64,000 nt of DNA from Hyaloraphidium curvatum SAG 235-1 (lineage: Eukaryota > Fungi > Monoblepharomycota), in contig JAIVFI010000016.1 of the NCBI GenBank assembly GCA_025558095.1, positions 310,001-374,000 on the forward strand, read 5' to 3'. The position numbers were made by a program, and so were the translations under genes. The notes under the pieces are model-generated. The model was not told the DNA's origin and did no database searches. It worked only from the letters and a program-made list of their open reading frames with translations. Positions 39,959-54,860 of the stretch are shown here, piece by piece (positions within the stretch are counted from its first letter, which is position 1; the number at the start of each line of letters is the position of its first letter).

Positions 39959-42900
39959 TCAGCTCTTTGACCTGTGATGCGCTTTAGCTCGGACCGTCGC
40001 GGCGCGGCTGCGCGAACCCCCACCTGTTTGGCAACCTCGTAGCTTGCCGATGCCAGCTTCTGCTTGACGCTCTTTGCCTGCGTCTGCGGCGTGTTCACGA
40101 TGGAGTCCCCGAGCTCCTGCAGCTTGTCGTTGCTGCGCGGGCGTTAGCAAGGGCATGCTGGGCCGACTCCTGGGTCGGTTCGCACCTGGTTCGTAGAGAC
40201 TTGAGGATCTCCTCTCCCTGCGACCGCAAATGAGACGCCGATGGCTGCGTGAAGGCCGACTGGGTCGTGTCCACGAGCTCGTCCACGATGTTCGTGATGC
40301 CGCTGACGGTGTCGCGGAAGTCCTGCCCATAGGTGGTGGACTGCCGCATCGCATAGAGGAGCTGCTGGATCGCCTTGACGATCTGGTCCGTCTGCTTCTC
40401 CAGGTAGATCTGCGGCCGCGCGGAATAAGTAGCCACCAGAATCGACCCTGCAGACCACCAACTTTGAGCTCGTCGAGCTCCACGATCTCCTCCGCGCCGC
40501 TCGCAGCCGGCGGCTCGGCCGGAGACGGTTCCTGGTACTGGGAAGGGGGAGTAGGGACGACATCCGCCTGCACTGGGGGAGGCCCCCGTGCGCTGGTCGA
40601 GGAAGGAGGCCTGCGCTCCACCACTTCCGGCGGCTCGTAGGCCGCGGGGGCAGCCGACGTCGCCGGCGGCGGGCTGTACCCAGACGGTGCAGCCAGAGTC
40701 TGGTCGGTGGTAGGGGGCGGGTAGGAGGATGGCGCAGGTTGAGGCGATCGGCTGGGCGGCGGCTGAGGCGACACGGAAGGGGCGGGGTACTGGGGGCCGG
40801 CGCTCTGAGCAAGCTCCGGCTCCGGCCGCTGGTTTCCCGCGGCGCGAACCAAGTCATTGACGGCCGAAGTTAGGGCGTTTGTGGCCGAAACGAGCGCGTC
40901 TGGGCCCCAACTCGTGCCGGCCGCATGAGCCTTGGCGACACTCATCAGCCCAGACAAAGCGTTCGACAAAAGTCCCTTGGCGTTGGCCAAAACCGCGCGC
41001 TCGTGGTCAGAAACGGACGGAGACGCCTCCGCCGCCTCCACGTCCTCCGTTATGGTTTTGCACGCGATAACCACCGACTTCATGGCCACCAACACCATGG
41101 TCGGTTGATCGCCCCTGGGTAATCACCCGTTACAATCACGTGCACACGGCCATATGTGCCTGCACTCACTGCGATGCCTTGACCAGATCCTGAGAAGACG
41201 TTCTGTACGCTGCCAGGCGCGATTGTGCGACGACGGCGTCGGAGGAAACGGCGATGACAGGATCCAGTTCGAGGCTTTGCGCCGCACCAGGAACGAAGGC
41301 AGGGTTCGGCGGCGGCGGAATCGCCTGCACCGTCATCTGCGCTGTTGCTGCGGCAGCTGCTGCCGCGGCGGCAGCGGTTGCTGGGGAACGCGTAAAGAGC
41401 CCGCCGGTTGACGTGGAGACGCAAAAGTGCCCACCTCGAGCACGGGCTTCCTCCAACTGCGTCTGCAAAATCCGGTTCTGGCGCAGCCCATGAGCGAACG
41501 AAGGAGCCGACCTCCCCAGGGAAACTCACGTCGTCGGCCAAGCGCTGAATAGTTAGCAGATCACCGTCCCTCGCCGCGATGATCTCGTCGTTCTTCCTCG
41601 TCGCGAGGCGAAGTTCCTCCTGCATCATTGCAAACTCCTTCCGTGCCTTGTCCATTTCCATCTTGGAAGCATTCAGCTGCGAAACGGCGTCGTTGAACCG
41701 CCGCACGAGCTCCGCCTGCTGGGCAGCATTCTCGTTGTATCGACGGGTCGTCTCCGTCAACTGGTTCAGGTTGTCGTTATGGCGGCGAGTGGTTTCCTGG
41801 CATCGGCAGCACGTCAGCACCTGTCGGTACGGATAGCGCAGAACGCACGTTGAGGTTCGCGTTCAGGGCGTCGAGCTGCCTCTGCATAAGGTCGATCTTC
41901 GCCTCGTAATCCGTCCTCAACGTCCGAGCCTCCTGTGCTATGTTGACCATCTTGGCCTCGTACTCCCCCTTGAGTCTGGCCGACTCCTGGGCAACAGCCT
42001 GCGTTCTCCGATCAGCCTCCGCCATCTTCAGCTCGTAGTCCTGGATGCGCCGCTCGTAATCGGCCCTCATCTTGCCCACGTCCTCCGTTACCCTCTGTAT
42101 CCGCAACTCATATTCTTGCCGCACCCGCGCAACCTCCTGCCGTTGGGTGGATCAACAATCAGCGCCGACGTTTGTGCGGCCGCCAGAAGCTCCCACGGCA
42201 GCCGAAACCGCGGCAGAAGGCGCGGAGTAACCCGAAGGGGAGCCGATAGCCTGGCTGGGCCTGCCGCCGTCGAGACCGGCCATGAGGTTGTCCAGAGATG
42301 CGAAGTCCAATTGGTCCTTCCCGTTGGCCAACGGCGAAACAGCAGACAGGTTTTGGTCTTGCCTGTAGAGAGCCCCGGTCCCATCGCCCAACAGCGACTT
42401 GACGTGGATCAGTCAGGCCGAAAAGGGCCCAACGGCCGGGAGCAACTCACCCTGTTTGCACCATAGTCGGCCCCGAGCATCGATCCCCCTGCGCCTTGGC
42501 TCCCGTATCCATAGCCACCCGCAGACAAGCCAGCCGATACCCCGGCCGACATCCCCCCCAACGCTGCGTCGCGCGAGACCCACGGAAACCTGCGCTCGAT
42601 CTCGAAAAGAACGTCGCTGGCGAGGTCCTAAGAGGTGGGCACACGGCGTGAAGATATGGCAGTCCGGCACTCCACGCTCGCCTCACTCTGAAGCGCGAAG
42701 CTGGCAGCGTCGCCAGCTTCTGTCGAGCCTGGTTCCGTTTGGGGTGGAAGTCGTCGCGCACGGGCAGGAACGGAACTGGCGGCCAATGAGACTCCCCTCC
42801 AACCGCTCCCAAGAGCTGGTGCCACCTTCTGCTGCGTCCAGCTGTCTCCGCTTCATCTCATCGAAGACGTCCGTAGAGAGCTCTTGGAACTGCTGCTTGG

Positions 42901-43021
42901 TGAGCCGCGTCAACTTCTCCCGCGCCGACTGCCGCTGGGGGCTGGTCGAGGCCGCGCTCATCAAGTCCTTGGGAAGGTAGGCCCGGAGGGCCGAGTACTG
43001 GGCCTGCATCGCGGAGTCCAT
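39939..43021 (-). CDS. SPA2: Polarisome scaffold Spa2 (two SHD/GIT repeats, coiled coil, GIT1-like C-terminal domain); multi-exon
   Basis: Motifs AREKLTRLTKQQFQELSTDVFDEMKRR and PFLPVRDDFHPKRNQARQKLATL..FRDLASDVLFEIERR; C-terminus YLEKQTDQIVKAIQQLL..KQKLASASYEVAKQVKELINLLPE*. Confidence 0.88.
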
Positions 43022-43312
43022 TGTGGCCGCGAGCACGGAGTCGACAGGAGCCCGTCGCGCTCGGGGGTGGCCAGGCACCCGGGGATTCGCCGAACGCGAC
43101 GAGCGTCCAGCTGCCGGGCTTCCCCAGGGCCACCGTCACACTTTGCCAATAGAGGGGGGAGCCCGGGCGTGAAAGTCGCCGCGGAGGAGGAGGAACTGAA
43201 GGGGGACACCTGCTGCGGCCTCGGCCTCTCTGAGTGACTTACGCCTCCTCTCTCCTCTCCCTCTTTTCCCCCGCCCACCCCCAATGTTCTTCGTTTGTCT
43301 GGCGCGACCACC

Positions 43313-45821
43313 CTACGTGAATGTATTCTTCGATGGCGATAAAAGCCAATCATTCGCCCGTTCTGTTCCCACGATCCGCTCGAGCTTCAGCCGATCGAGC
43401 TTGCAGAACATCGCGACGCTGGAACCCCCGCCCGAGGGTGGTATCAGGCGGAGCATGTCCGAGTAGAAGGATGGATGCTCCGGAAGCGAGTAAAAGAGGA
43501 CGCGGTTCACTCCTTTGATGCGATATCTGCGGTTTCGTCGGTGATGGCTCGGGCGGCAAGCGCTAATCGAGCGTACCTGCGGAAGAAGTGGACCCGTTCG
43601 GTGACCAAGAGCACGCGAAAGTCCCCTTTGGCAAACTTTGCTCGATTCCGGTTAACGTCCGCTGGTTCGGTGTACCTGTCGTCGATCGGTCAACTCGTGC
43701 AGCACATAATCGGCGGCTTCCGCCTCACTCCGAAAGTGACGTGAAGCTGAAATCCCCCTTGGCAAGGTGATTCCGCAGCCGCACGAACTCAAAATACGAG
43801 GAAACAAAGACGAGGAGCCCGGGCAGCGAAGCGATCTGCAGTGACGGCAGCAACTGTACGGCGGACATCAGCGCAGCCCCTCCCGGTGGGTGCGGAAGAC
43901 GGCACATTTTCGATGAAGAATCGGAAACGCATCTCCGCCTCCTCCGCAGGTTTCCCGCAATCAAACCGCCGAAAGATCTTCGGGGGACGCGTTGACACGG
44001 CTGCACAGGGGCCCGCAACTCTTTACCTACTTGCGAAACGGTCGCGAAGCTGCGATCCACCCCAGCGTAAGTCCGGGCCGTCCGAACCAGTCCGCTAATG
44101 TTGTGGCAGCTTTTCTTCACCAGCGCGTTGATGTCGGGGGAATTGAGGGAGCTGACGATCACCGTCTGCCGCACGAAGCGCGCCCTGGCGAACCAGGTAA
44201 GACTGCAGAAGGGGCGCCCGATCACGAAACCTCACTTCCCGTCTAAACACCATTGCTTCACGCGCGAGAAATCGCAGCCATGCGGATCCTTCGGTATCAA
44301 ATTCAAGTTCTTGAAGACGTGCTGCGAACCGTGTCAAGCGCTGGGCCAGGAGATCAGACGGCCCACCAACCTGCACATGCTCCCAGTTCTGCATCAGGAA
44401 GACGTCGCACTGATCGAGGAACGCGACCTGGATCGACGAAAGGAAGTCGCCGATGTCGTCCTTCCCTCTGGATGTGGATGAAGGTGGCTCCGCGGGCGAT
44501 CGCGGGCCGCTCACCTCGCCTTTTCGCTGACCGTGCGGAGGCCTAGAGGAGATGCCACAATTATGTCCGACGAGAAAAAGTCGGTGAAGAGCTTGACTGC
44601 CTTCCGCGTGATCTTGAGCCCGATCTTGAAGTTGTCGTCCGTGTTGCCGGCGAAAAGACGCCTGAACTCCTCTGCGGCCTGCGATGAGCGAGGCGGGGGG
44701 GGGGGGGGGGGGGGGCTCGAAGACGTACCCGGTTTCGACTGGTCAAAGTGCTTGGCTTCGCCACCATCCCCGTACTCGTCCTCGAAACGCGCCTTGTTTT
44801 CCTGTACCGCAAATCAGCGCCCCGGCAAGGTATTCAGGAGGGCTACCTCACCTGCTGCGACGAGCCAGACAGGGCGATCAAACTGCGCACAAAGAGGTGG
44901 GCAGAGCTCCGAAACGGCAAGAGGACCAGGACCGTCGGCCTGGCAAAGGTCTGATCCCGAACATCCCTGAAACAACTGTCACAAATGACGCCTCGGGAAC
45001 CAGACCAGCGGCTTCTCACAGGGCGTTCGTCGTTCCTGAGGCGGCGGCGGCGTTGATCCGCTCGGTGTTTGCCAGGATTCTATCGCGGGTCCTGAGGCGA
45101 ACCGATCGGCAACGCGACAAGTGCATGACCATAAACTCCTCACTTGAGAACATGGTTGAGAGTGTGCAGGGCCATGAGGTCGTGCAGTTCTCCGCTGGTC
45201 AGTCCGCCCCGGTCCCCGATGACGATGTCCGAATAAGAGGAAACCCAAGGCCAGGCCTCGCTCTGGCTTTTGGAGAAGGCGAGCCCGTTCTCATCCTCAG
45301 GAAGCAGAGGGCGGTCGGCCGCTCTCGCCGCCGACTGTGCCCGCTTTTGCCACGGCTCGACGAGCTTCTTCTTGACCTGGCAGCGGAGCCTCGTGAGGTC
45401 CCGGACGCGAAGCCCGTTCCGACCAGGCCCACCAAGCATTTGCTACTCCATCCACGACCGTACTGGCGCCGGACAACGGATCCAAAGGTGTCCGAGTGGC
45501 TGGTTTGAACTTCACCCCGCCCGCTCTTGGCCTCTTGCGAGAACCGGTCGATGGCCTCGGATACCGAGTTCGCAAACTGCCAGTCATAGGCATCGTCTCC
45601 CTGTTCAGCGTCCACTGCGTCGAAGCTCTCGCCCTCGTGTTCCTTTCGCGGCAAGACCGGGGGTCGGGCAACGACGTCCGTTGCACCGACTTTGCCTGCA
45701 GCCCATGAACACGGCAACAACGACCGAAGCCCGACAGTGTCCCACCATCGCGGTCCTTCTTCTTACCCGTGCGATTGGTCTGCCCCGGCTCCCCAGTCTC
45801 CGTTTCTCGCCGGCGTTTCAT
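43313..45821 (-). CDS. UTP25: U3 snoRNA-associated protein Utp25 / Def; multi-exon
   Basis: Motifs [54 protein letters not shown] and [35 protein letters not shown]. Confidence 0.9.
44695..44715. repeat. G21 homopolymer (poly-C on the transcribed strand) inside a UTP25 intron
   Basis: Read directly; it lies within a gtacgt...cag intron on the minus strand. Confidence 0.9.
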
Positions 45822-45887
45822 TGTTGTCGGTGAACGACCCGCCCGCGCGGCGCTGATCCCCACCCCGATACCCGCGCATGGCGACCT

Positions 45888-46689
45888 ATGGCGACGCTCC
45901 ATGTCCTGAGCGCCAATGCAACGCGCCAGCTCGACCAACTGGAGAATGATCTGCAGAGACTCGAGGGGCCCGGTGCTCCGCCGTCGCTGCAAGGTAGCAT
46001 GCCGAACCGTCTGCGACGCCGCCTCTGACCGGGCCGTCAGGGGAGATTTCGGCGTCCCTGGGCAACGCTTCGCGGCTATCCGACGAAATAGAGGCCATGG
46101 CAAAACGGGAGATTTCCATGCCGAAGCGGGAAAAAACCCTCTCGTGAGTCTGCCGAAACGGGCAGAGAGGCACACGTCTGAGGACGGACAGGCGGGCGGC
46201 GGAGATCCGGGACCGGGTCAGCGACTGCAGGCGGCGCTTGGACGCATGGAAGGCCAGGCAGCAGAAGCTCCTGCAGGAGCAGCAGGAGCGCCTGCGCTCG
46301 GAGCTGCTCGGGCCGGACAACCAGTCGATGGGAAGCGATTCCACCACGATACCCATGGGCGACTACTTTATTCGCGAAGGAGAGTCGCTGAAGAACGCAG
46401 GCATGCGCATAGACGAGTACATCAGCTCGGGCCGGAACGCCCTTCAGGAGCTGTTTGAGCAGCGGAGCATCATGAAGGTGAGGGCAGCGAGTGCTGGGGC
46501 GCGCCGGCTACCTTACCGGGACGCCAGAATGCTCAACGGAGGATTCTGGACATTGCAAATACCCTCGGGTTGTCGACGTCGGTGCTGAGGTACATAGAGC
46601 GAAGAGGGCAGCAAGACAAGTGGATCCTGTACGGCGGGATGCTGGTGACCCTTGTCATTCTTGGTCTGATAATCTGGTACCTGGCCTGA
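45888..46689 (+). CDS. BOS1: Qb-SNARE Bos1 / membrin (GOSR2); 3 introns
   Basis: Habc-like N-terminus, SNARE motif IDEYISSGRNALQELFEQRSIMK/NAQRRILDIANTLGLSTSVLRYIERR..QDKWILYGG, and a C-terminal TM segment ending at TGA 46689. Confidence 0.9.
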
Positions 46690-46943
46690 TGTCGCCGGCG
46701 GCCCAAAGAGCACCCCCAACGTCAATCGAGTCATTGTAGAGGGAACGACCGATTCCCGCGGCATCTCTGATGCTCGCCGCGTTCTCACTGACGCTCAGTG
46801 CCGCTCCGCGGGCGCGCTCGGCGCGATGCACAGCGGAGGGGTTCACTTGGAATCACTGCGGCGGCAACGCGAGTCAAGACTTCCGCGGCATGCAGTTACT
46901 CAGTGCCCGTTCGCGCACCGATGTAGAGGCACTGCGGTGCCAG

Positions 46944-47759
46944 CTACAAGAAGGAAGATACGGCCCGCAGCAACGTGAACGCCGAGTGCAGGTCCGAGTT
47001 TTCTGTCGCCGACAGTCCGCAAGCCTCGAAGGCTGGCTTCGCGAGCTGCGCCTTGATCCTGTCCGCAGACGTGCCCCGTAGCGAGCCTAGCAGAGACGTA
47101 GCAAGGGCCGTGGCGGCATCCCATCCGACGTCGAGCGAATGGGACGAGCTGGTGGATTCCACCTGGACACCGTCCCGTTACAACCACGGCAGCCCGTTAC
47201 AACCCGGCAGCACCACGGAGGCGACCTCTGAAGCCCACCTCCAAAACGATGCCGCGGTTCTCGCTCGCAATAACGACGACGCCGAGCCGCACGAGGAACT
47301 TGTCCATCTCGAAAACGGAGCCCTTGTGCGGCAAGATGTTGGAATTAGGGTAACAGCCTGTCAGTGGGCCGTACCTGGATCATCAAGCCGATCCTCGGCG
47401 CCCAGCTCGTCTTGGCGCGGGAAACGATCGCCTCGAAGGCCGGTTCGGTTTCCACGACCACGGTGCCGTCGACCATGGCGTACATGCGGCCGGCGTCGGA
47501 TCCCGACTGCATGACCATGAGGCGGCGACCCTTGCGGACGCCGGAGTCCGCGGGTGCCTCCTCGCCGACGGGCAGGAACACGCGGCAGAGCACGCTCCAT
47601 TTGCCGGCCTGCCTCCCGTCATGAACGTTGGAGATCCGATCCCTGATTGCCGTGGCCAGGTCCGCCATCCGACCCTCCCGCAGCGACACGGCACTGCGAA
47701 GCATTTCATCAGCACCAGCGTCGCTTTTTGCAGGGAGCGGCTCACCATGTCACGCCCAT
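46944..47759 (-). CDS. MED20: Mediator subunit Med20; 3 introns
   Basis: Spliced start MGVTC, as in animal MED20. Also GKWSVLCRVF and IQ/GSVFEMDKFLVRLGVVVIASENRGIVLE/VE, matching the Med20 pattern G..YE..DF.V..G.V....GI..EVE. Confidence 0.8.
47174..47210. repeat. Tandem duplication of an 18-19 bp unit in MED20 intron 3
   Basis: cccgttacaaccacggcag followed by cccgttacaacccggcag. Confidence 0.85.
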
Positions 47760-47893
47760 TTCGTGCGGCCCGGACTCAGTCTTTGATGAGACCTCCCAGC
47801 AGCCAGAAGATCGCGCGCCTGTCCGAAGTTCTGCTTTGACGACTCGAGGCTCTGGTCCAGAAAGGTCGACGGGGCAACTCTTACGCTTCAAAG

Positions 47894-48604
47894 ATGGGCA
47901 ACGTGCGTGACTATGTCATCATCGGGCTCGAGGCGATGCTGGGGGGCGCGCCGGACGATGCAATCGTGGATTATATCGCGCATGCTACGCTGGCCGACGA
48001 CGACGAGAGCGAGATTCGCGATGCGATCGGCTCGTTCCTGTCTTCGGTGAAGGAAGACGCGACGGATGGCGAGACGCAGGAGTTCATAGACGGGCTGCTT
48101 TCGGCGAGGGCTGCGTGGCTGCTCAGCAGGGAGCAAAAGGAAGCCTTGAGCAAGTCGCATGCAATCGACCTTCAGCGCGCCGCGGAACGAACTGCTCTTG
48201 AACTCGATCGGGGAGAGCAGGATGCGCGGATGGTGAAACCCGTGCTTTCGGACGACGAAAAGAAGCGGCGGGAGCATCTTTTTTCCCAATACGGAGTCTC
48301 CGCCGTGGAGACGGACGATGCCGCGCTCGAGGACACGTTCTTCGAGCGGGCAAACGCCGGGGATTCGGCACCGGCGCTCGCACGGAACGACAACCGTGCC
48401 ACTGTCAAGGCGGAGGAGGACCGCAAACGCCGCCAGATGTCAATGGAGCACGAGAAAGCAAAAGAGAGGGAGAAGGAGCTGAAGGCGAAGCAGCAGCTCG
48501 AGCTCGAGAAGGAAAAAAAAAGGACGCAAAAGAAGGGTACGCTGGCACAAGCTGCTTCGATGGGCTGCCAATGACATCCGAAGCCAGAGAAGCGACGCAT
48601 GTGA
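47894..48604 (+). CDS. CCDC43: Coiled-coil domain-containing protein 43-like; 1 intron near the 3' end
   Basis: PWI-like N-terminus (DDAIVDYI..DDDESEIRDAIGSFL), EKKRREHLFSQYG, RNDN..VKAEE, and a basic spliced C-terminus KRTQKKEKRRM*. Confidence 0.75.
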
Positions 48605-48617
48605 TGTTGGCCGGTCC

Positions 48618-51535
<2,918 letters not shown>

Positions 51536-51581
51536 GAGAAGGGCGTGTGCAGGAATTGGGGCTGTTATTCGTTTCTCCTTT

Positions 51582-52784
51582 CTACTTCTTCGAGAAGAAG
51601 CTCTCGAGCTTGTTCATCCCTTTGGTGCTCGCTTTCGCCAGGGCTTTGACCCCGGCTGTCGTTCCCGACCTTGCTTTCGCCTGTGCCTGTTTCTGCGGTG
51701 ATGCGGAGCATCCATGAGAAGACCGGACGAGTGCGTCGATCCCGCAACTACCTTGGCTTCACGCGAGTTTTCCGGGTCCAAGGGTTCCGCGGTCCTCTTC
51801 ACAACGCGGATGTCGGCAGGTTCGACATAAGCGTAGACCTCCTCCGGTTCCCGGGACCTGCGGAGGGGCCAGTGAGGCCTTGTCGGACGAAATGCCACCG
51901 AGAGGTCTCACTTGTAACGATCAGTCAGCTCCTTCTCCAGACCCTCGTCGATGTACGCAGAAAGTATCGCGATTGCATCCCGGGCTCGTGATGCTACTGC
52001 CGCGGAAACGTTGGCCAGGGTGCCGGTGAACTCCGGCAAGCAGCATACCTGGAGCAACCGTCGATTCCGGCCCACGCCTTGCGGACCCGCCGACCCCAGA
52101 CGAGTCCAGCTCCCGCAGTATTGCCTCGACCTTTGCCCGATCAGCCTCAAAGGAAGGCCGCCAACTACGGTCAGAGTCCCACCTTGGCCTCCAACCATGC
52201 GACCGTTCTCTTCCTGTTTAGCCGAAAGACGGTCCCGTACCCGGGAACGTCGCGGTGATCGCACACGGCCTTGAGCCTGGTGTCCAAGTCGTGCACGAAT
52301 CCCAGACACTCCAATCCTTCCTGCTGGCCGTCGTCGGGATGCAGGATGTCGTCCAGCGAAACGAAGCGATCCGAGCTCTGCGGGGGTCAACGGTACACGA
52401 TTTCAGGTGAACTGGCGCGTGAGAGGTCCGACAGCTTCACGATTGGCGCCGCCATACCTCGCTCCGAGACAGCAAAAGACCGACGATTACGAAAAGGGGG
52501 TCCAAATCCGAGAGCACAAGCGCGGAACCGTCTGCATCGGTCCAAGCAGCGGTCAGGCCTTCCAGTCCGGCGGCAAAAGACATCGAACGCGTCTCGCCTG
52601 ATTGCACCGAGTCCCCGACAAACCACGAGCCCAGCTCGTCCTGCATGCGCTGGAGCTCGTAGAGGGAGCCGGAAGACGCGCTCGACGCGACGGTCATGTG
52701 CCCACGCGTCCGCGGGTCGGGCACGCGATAGAGACGGAGGTCCTCGGCGCCATCGGCCGGAGTGGGAAGGATCCACACGGTCAT
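51582..52784 (-). CDS. RNH202: Ribonuclease H2 subunit B (Rnh202/RNASEH2B); multi-exon
   Basis: Motif [27 protein letters not shown] and a C-terminal PIP-box-like [13 protein letters not shown]. Confidence 0.82.
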
Positions 52785-52905
52785 CTGCGGTCGTCCGGAA
52801 TTCGGGGGAAGGAGAGATTCGAAGCCGCGGCCCGCGAGTCGGGCTGATGCGGCCGACGCCGAGTCGACCCGGCGGGCTCCACCCCAAAGCGAGGCATTTG
52901 CGGGA

Positions 52906-54726
52906 ATGGCGACGCAGGGTCAGCGAATCGCATGCCGGCCGGGCCGCCGCAGCTCCTAACATGCATTGCCGCAGCCCGGACGTTCACGTGGGCGGACATC
53001 GCGCGGGTCAACGCCACTGGGGCGGAGGGCCCCGCCGCCCAGGCATCGGGTGCGTCCTGCGGCCAGCAGGCCCGCGCCGTCCTAACCCGGCGCAGCAGAC
53101 AAGCAGGTGCTCTTTGTTATCCACGACAAGGTGTACGACATCGGGCAGTTCGCAGCGCAGCACCCGGGCGGCGAGGTCATCCTCACTTATGCTGGCAAGG
53201 ACGCCACGGGTGGGCCCACCGGCTTGGGAATGGCGTCGGCAATGCTGACAGGCAACATGTGTTGCAGATGTGTTCGAGGCGCTCCACAACTCCAGCACGG
53301 AGGAGGTCATGGCCGACCTCTACGTTGGCGATCTCGTGGAGGAGGAACCGAAATCGGAGGAGGAACGGAAGGCCCTCAGTGGGTGGATTCAATGCCGGTG
53401 GACTTTAAGCTCGGGACTGAACGGATTCCGGGGATCAGGGTTCGTCAAGGAGCTCCGGGACCTGAAGCGCAAGTACCAGTCGCTCGGATACTTTGAATCG
53501 AACAAGCTCTACTACGTCTTCAAGATCCTGTCGACCACCGCGCTGGGCTTGGCATCTATTTGGATCGTGGCCAACTATGGTCGCAGCACCGCGGCCGTTT
53601 TCTTCGCCGGTCTCCTCCTCGCCCTCTTTTGGCAGCAATCGGGTGCGTGTTGGCCCGTTCTTGCTCCTGTGCTTGCTGACAGAGCTTTCCGTGCTACCGT
53701 AGGATGGCTCGCCCACGATGTCCTGCACCACCAAGTGTTTGAGAACCGGAACCTGAACAGGGCCATCGGCTACCTCGTCGGGAACGTGTACCAAGGCTTC
53801 TCCGTCTCTTGGTGGACGGACAAGCACACCACCCACCACGCTCTCCCCAACATTCACGACCACGACCCCGACATCGATACGATGCCGCTGCTGGCCTGGA
53901 GCGAGCACGCGCTGTCGCTCTTCAACGACCTGCCGGACAAGGACGCCTCAAAGTTCTTCCTGAGGTTCCAGGCCTTCTATTTCTTCCCTCTGCTGGCACT
54001 CGCTCGCCTCAGCTGGGCCATCCAGGTACCGAGCGCGCTGTTCCGCAGATTGTGTTCCCGGCCAACTCTTTCAACGCTCCGCAGAGCATCACGTTTGTCA
54101 GCCCGATGGAGAGCGGCTCTTTCTTCACCAGCGCGCCCCACAAGCGCGTCGTGCGCAGCCCCAAGATCGAGGCCCTGACGCTGGCGATCCACTGGGCGTG
54201 GTACATTGGCCTCATGGCATACTACCTCACCCTGCCGCGCGCCATCCTGTACTTTGTCACCTCGCAGGCTGGATGTGGCCTGTTCTTGGCGCTCGTCTTT
54301 GCCCTCAACCACAACGGCATGCCGATCTTCACCAAGTCCGAGTTCCAGGAGATGGACTTTTTCAAGCTCCAGATCGTGACTGGGCGGGACGTCAAGCCTT
54401 CGATCTTTGCCAACTGGTTCACCGGCGGCCTGAGTAAGTGCATCCGTGCTGCAGCTGTCTGTGGCGCCTCACGCACGCTCCCCAGACTACCAGATCGAGC
54501 ACCACATCTTCCCCAGCATTCCTCGCCGTGGGTCATCCGCTGTCTCGTTCGTTCTCTGGGATCCTGAACCGCGACCCCGCCAGACAACTTCCACCTCATC
54601 CAGGCGGATGTGCAGCGGCTCTGCAAGGAGTACGGCATCCCGTATCACGCGACCGGCTTTGTCGCCGGGACGCAGGAGGTGCTGGAGCGGCTACAGGCCG
54701 TTGCCGGCACAATCAACAAGGTGTAA
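52906..54726 (+). CDS. Front-end (delta-6-type) fatty acid desaturase with a fused cytochrome b5 domain; 8 introns
   Basis: Cytochrome b5 motif HPGG; His boxes GWLAHDVLHH, WWTDKHTTHH and GGLNYQIEHH (the Q-substituted third box of front-end desaturases). Regiospecificity is inferred. Confidence 0.88.
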
Positions 54727-54860
54727 CGTGTAGAAAGACTCTATATAGAGCTAGAAGCCAGATGAACCGGGTGACGATCACGATAGGAAGTGGCGAGGAA
54801 AGGGGTCATGCAGCAGATCGATCGCCGCGTCGGCGTCGAACGACCACCGGAGCACGAGAC

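Noticed and set aside
41340-41385. GCN-type repeat in SPA2
   Set aside because: Ordinary poly-Ala low-complexity coding sequence.
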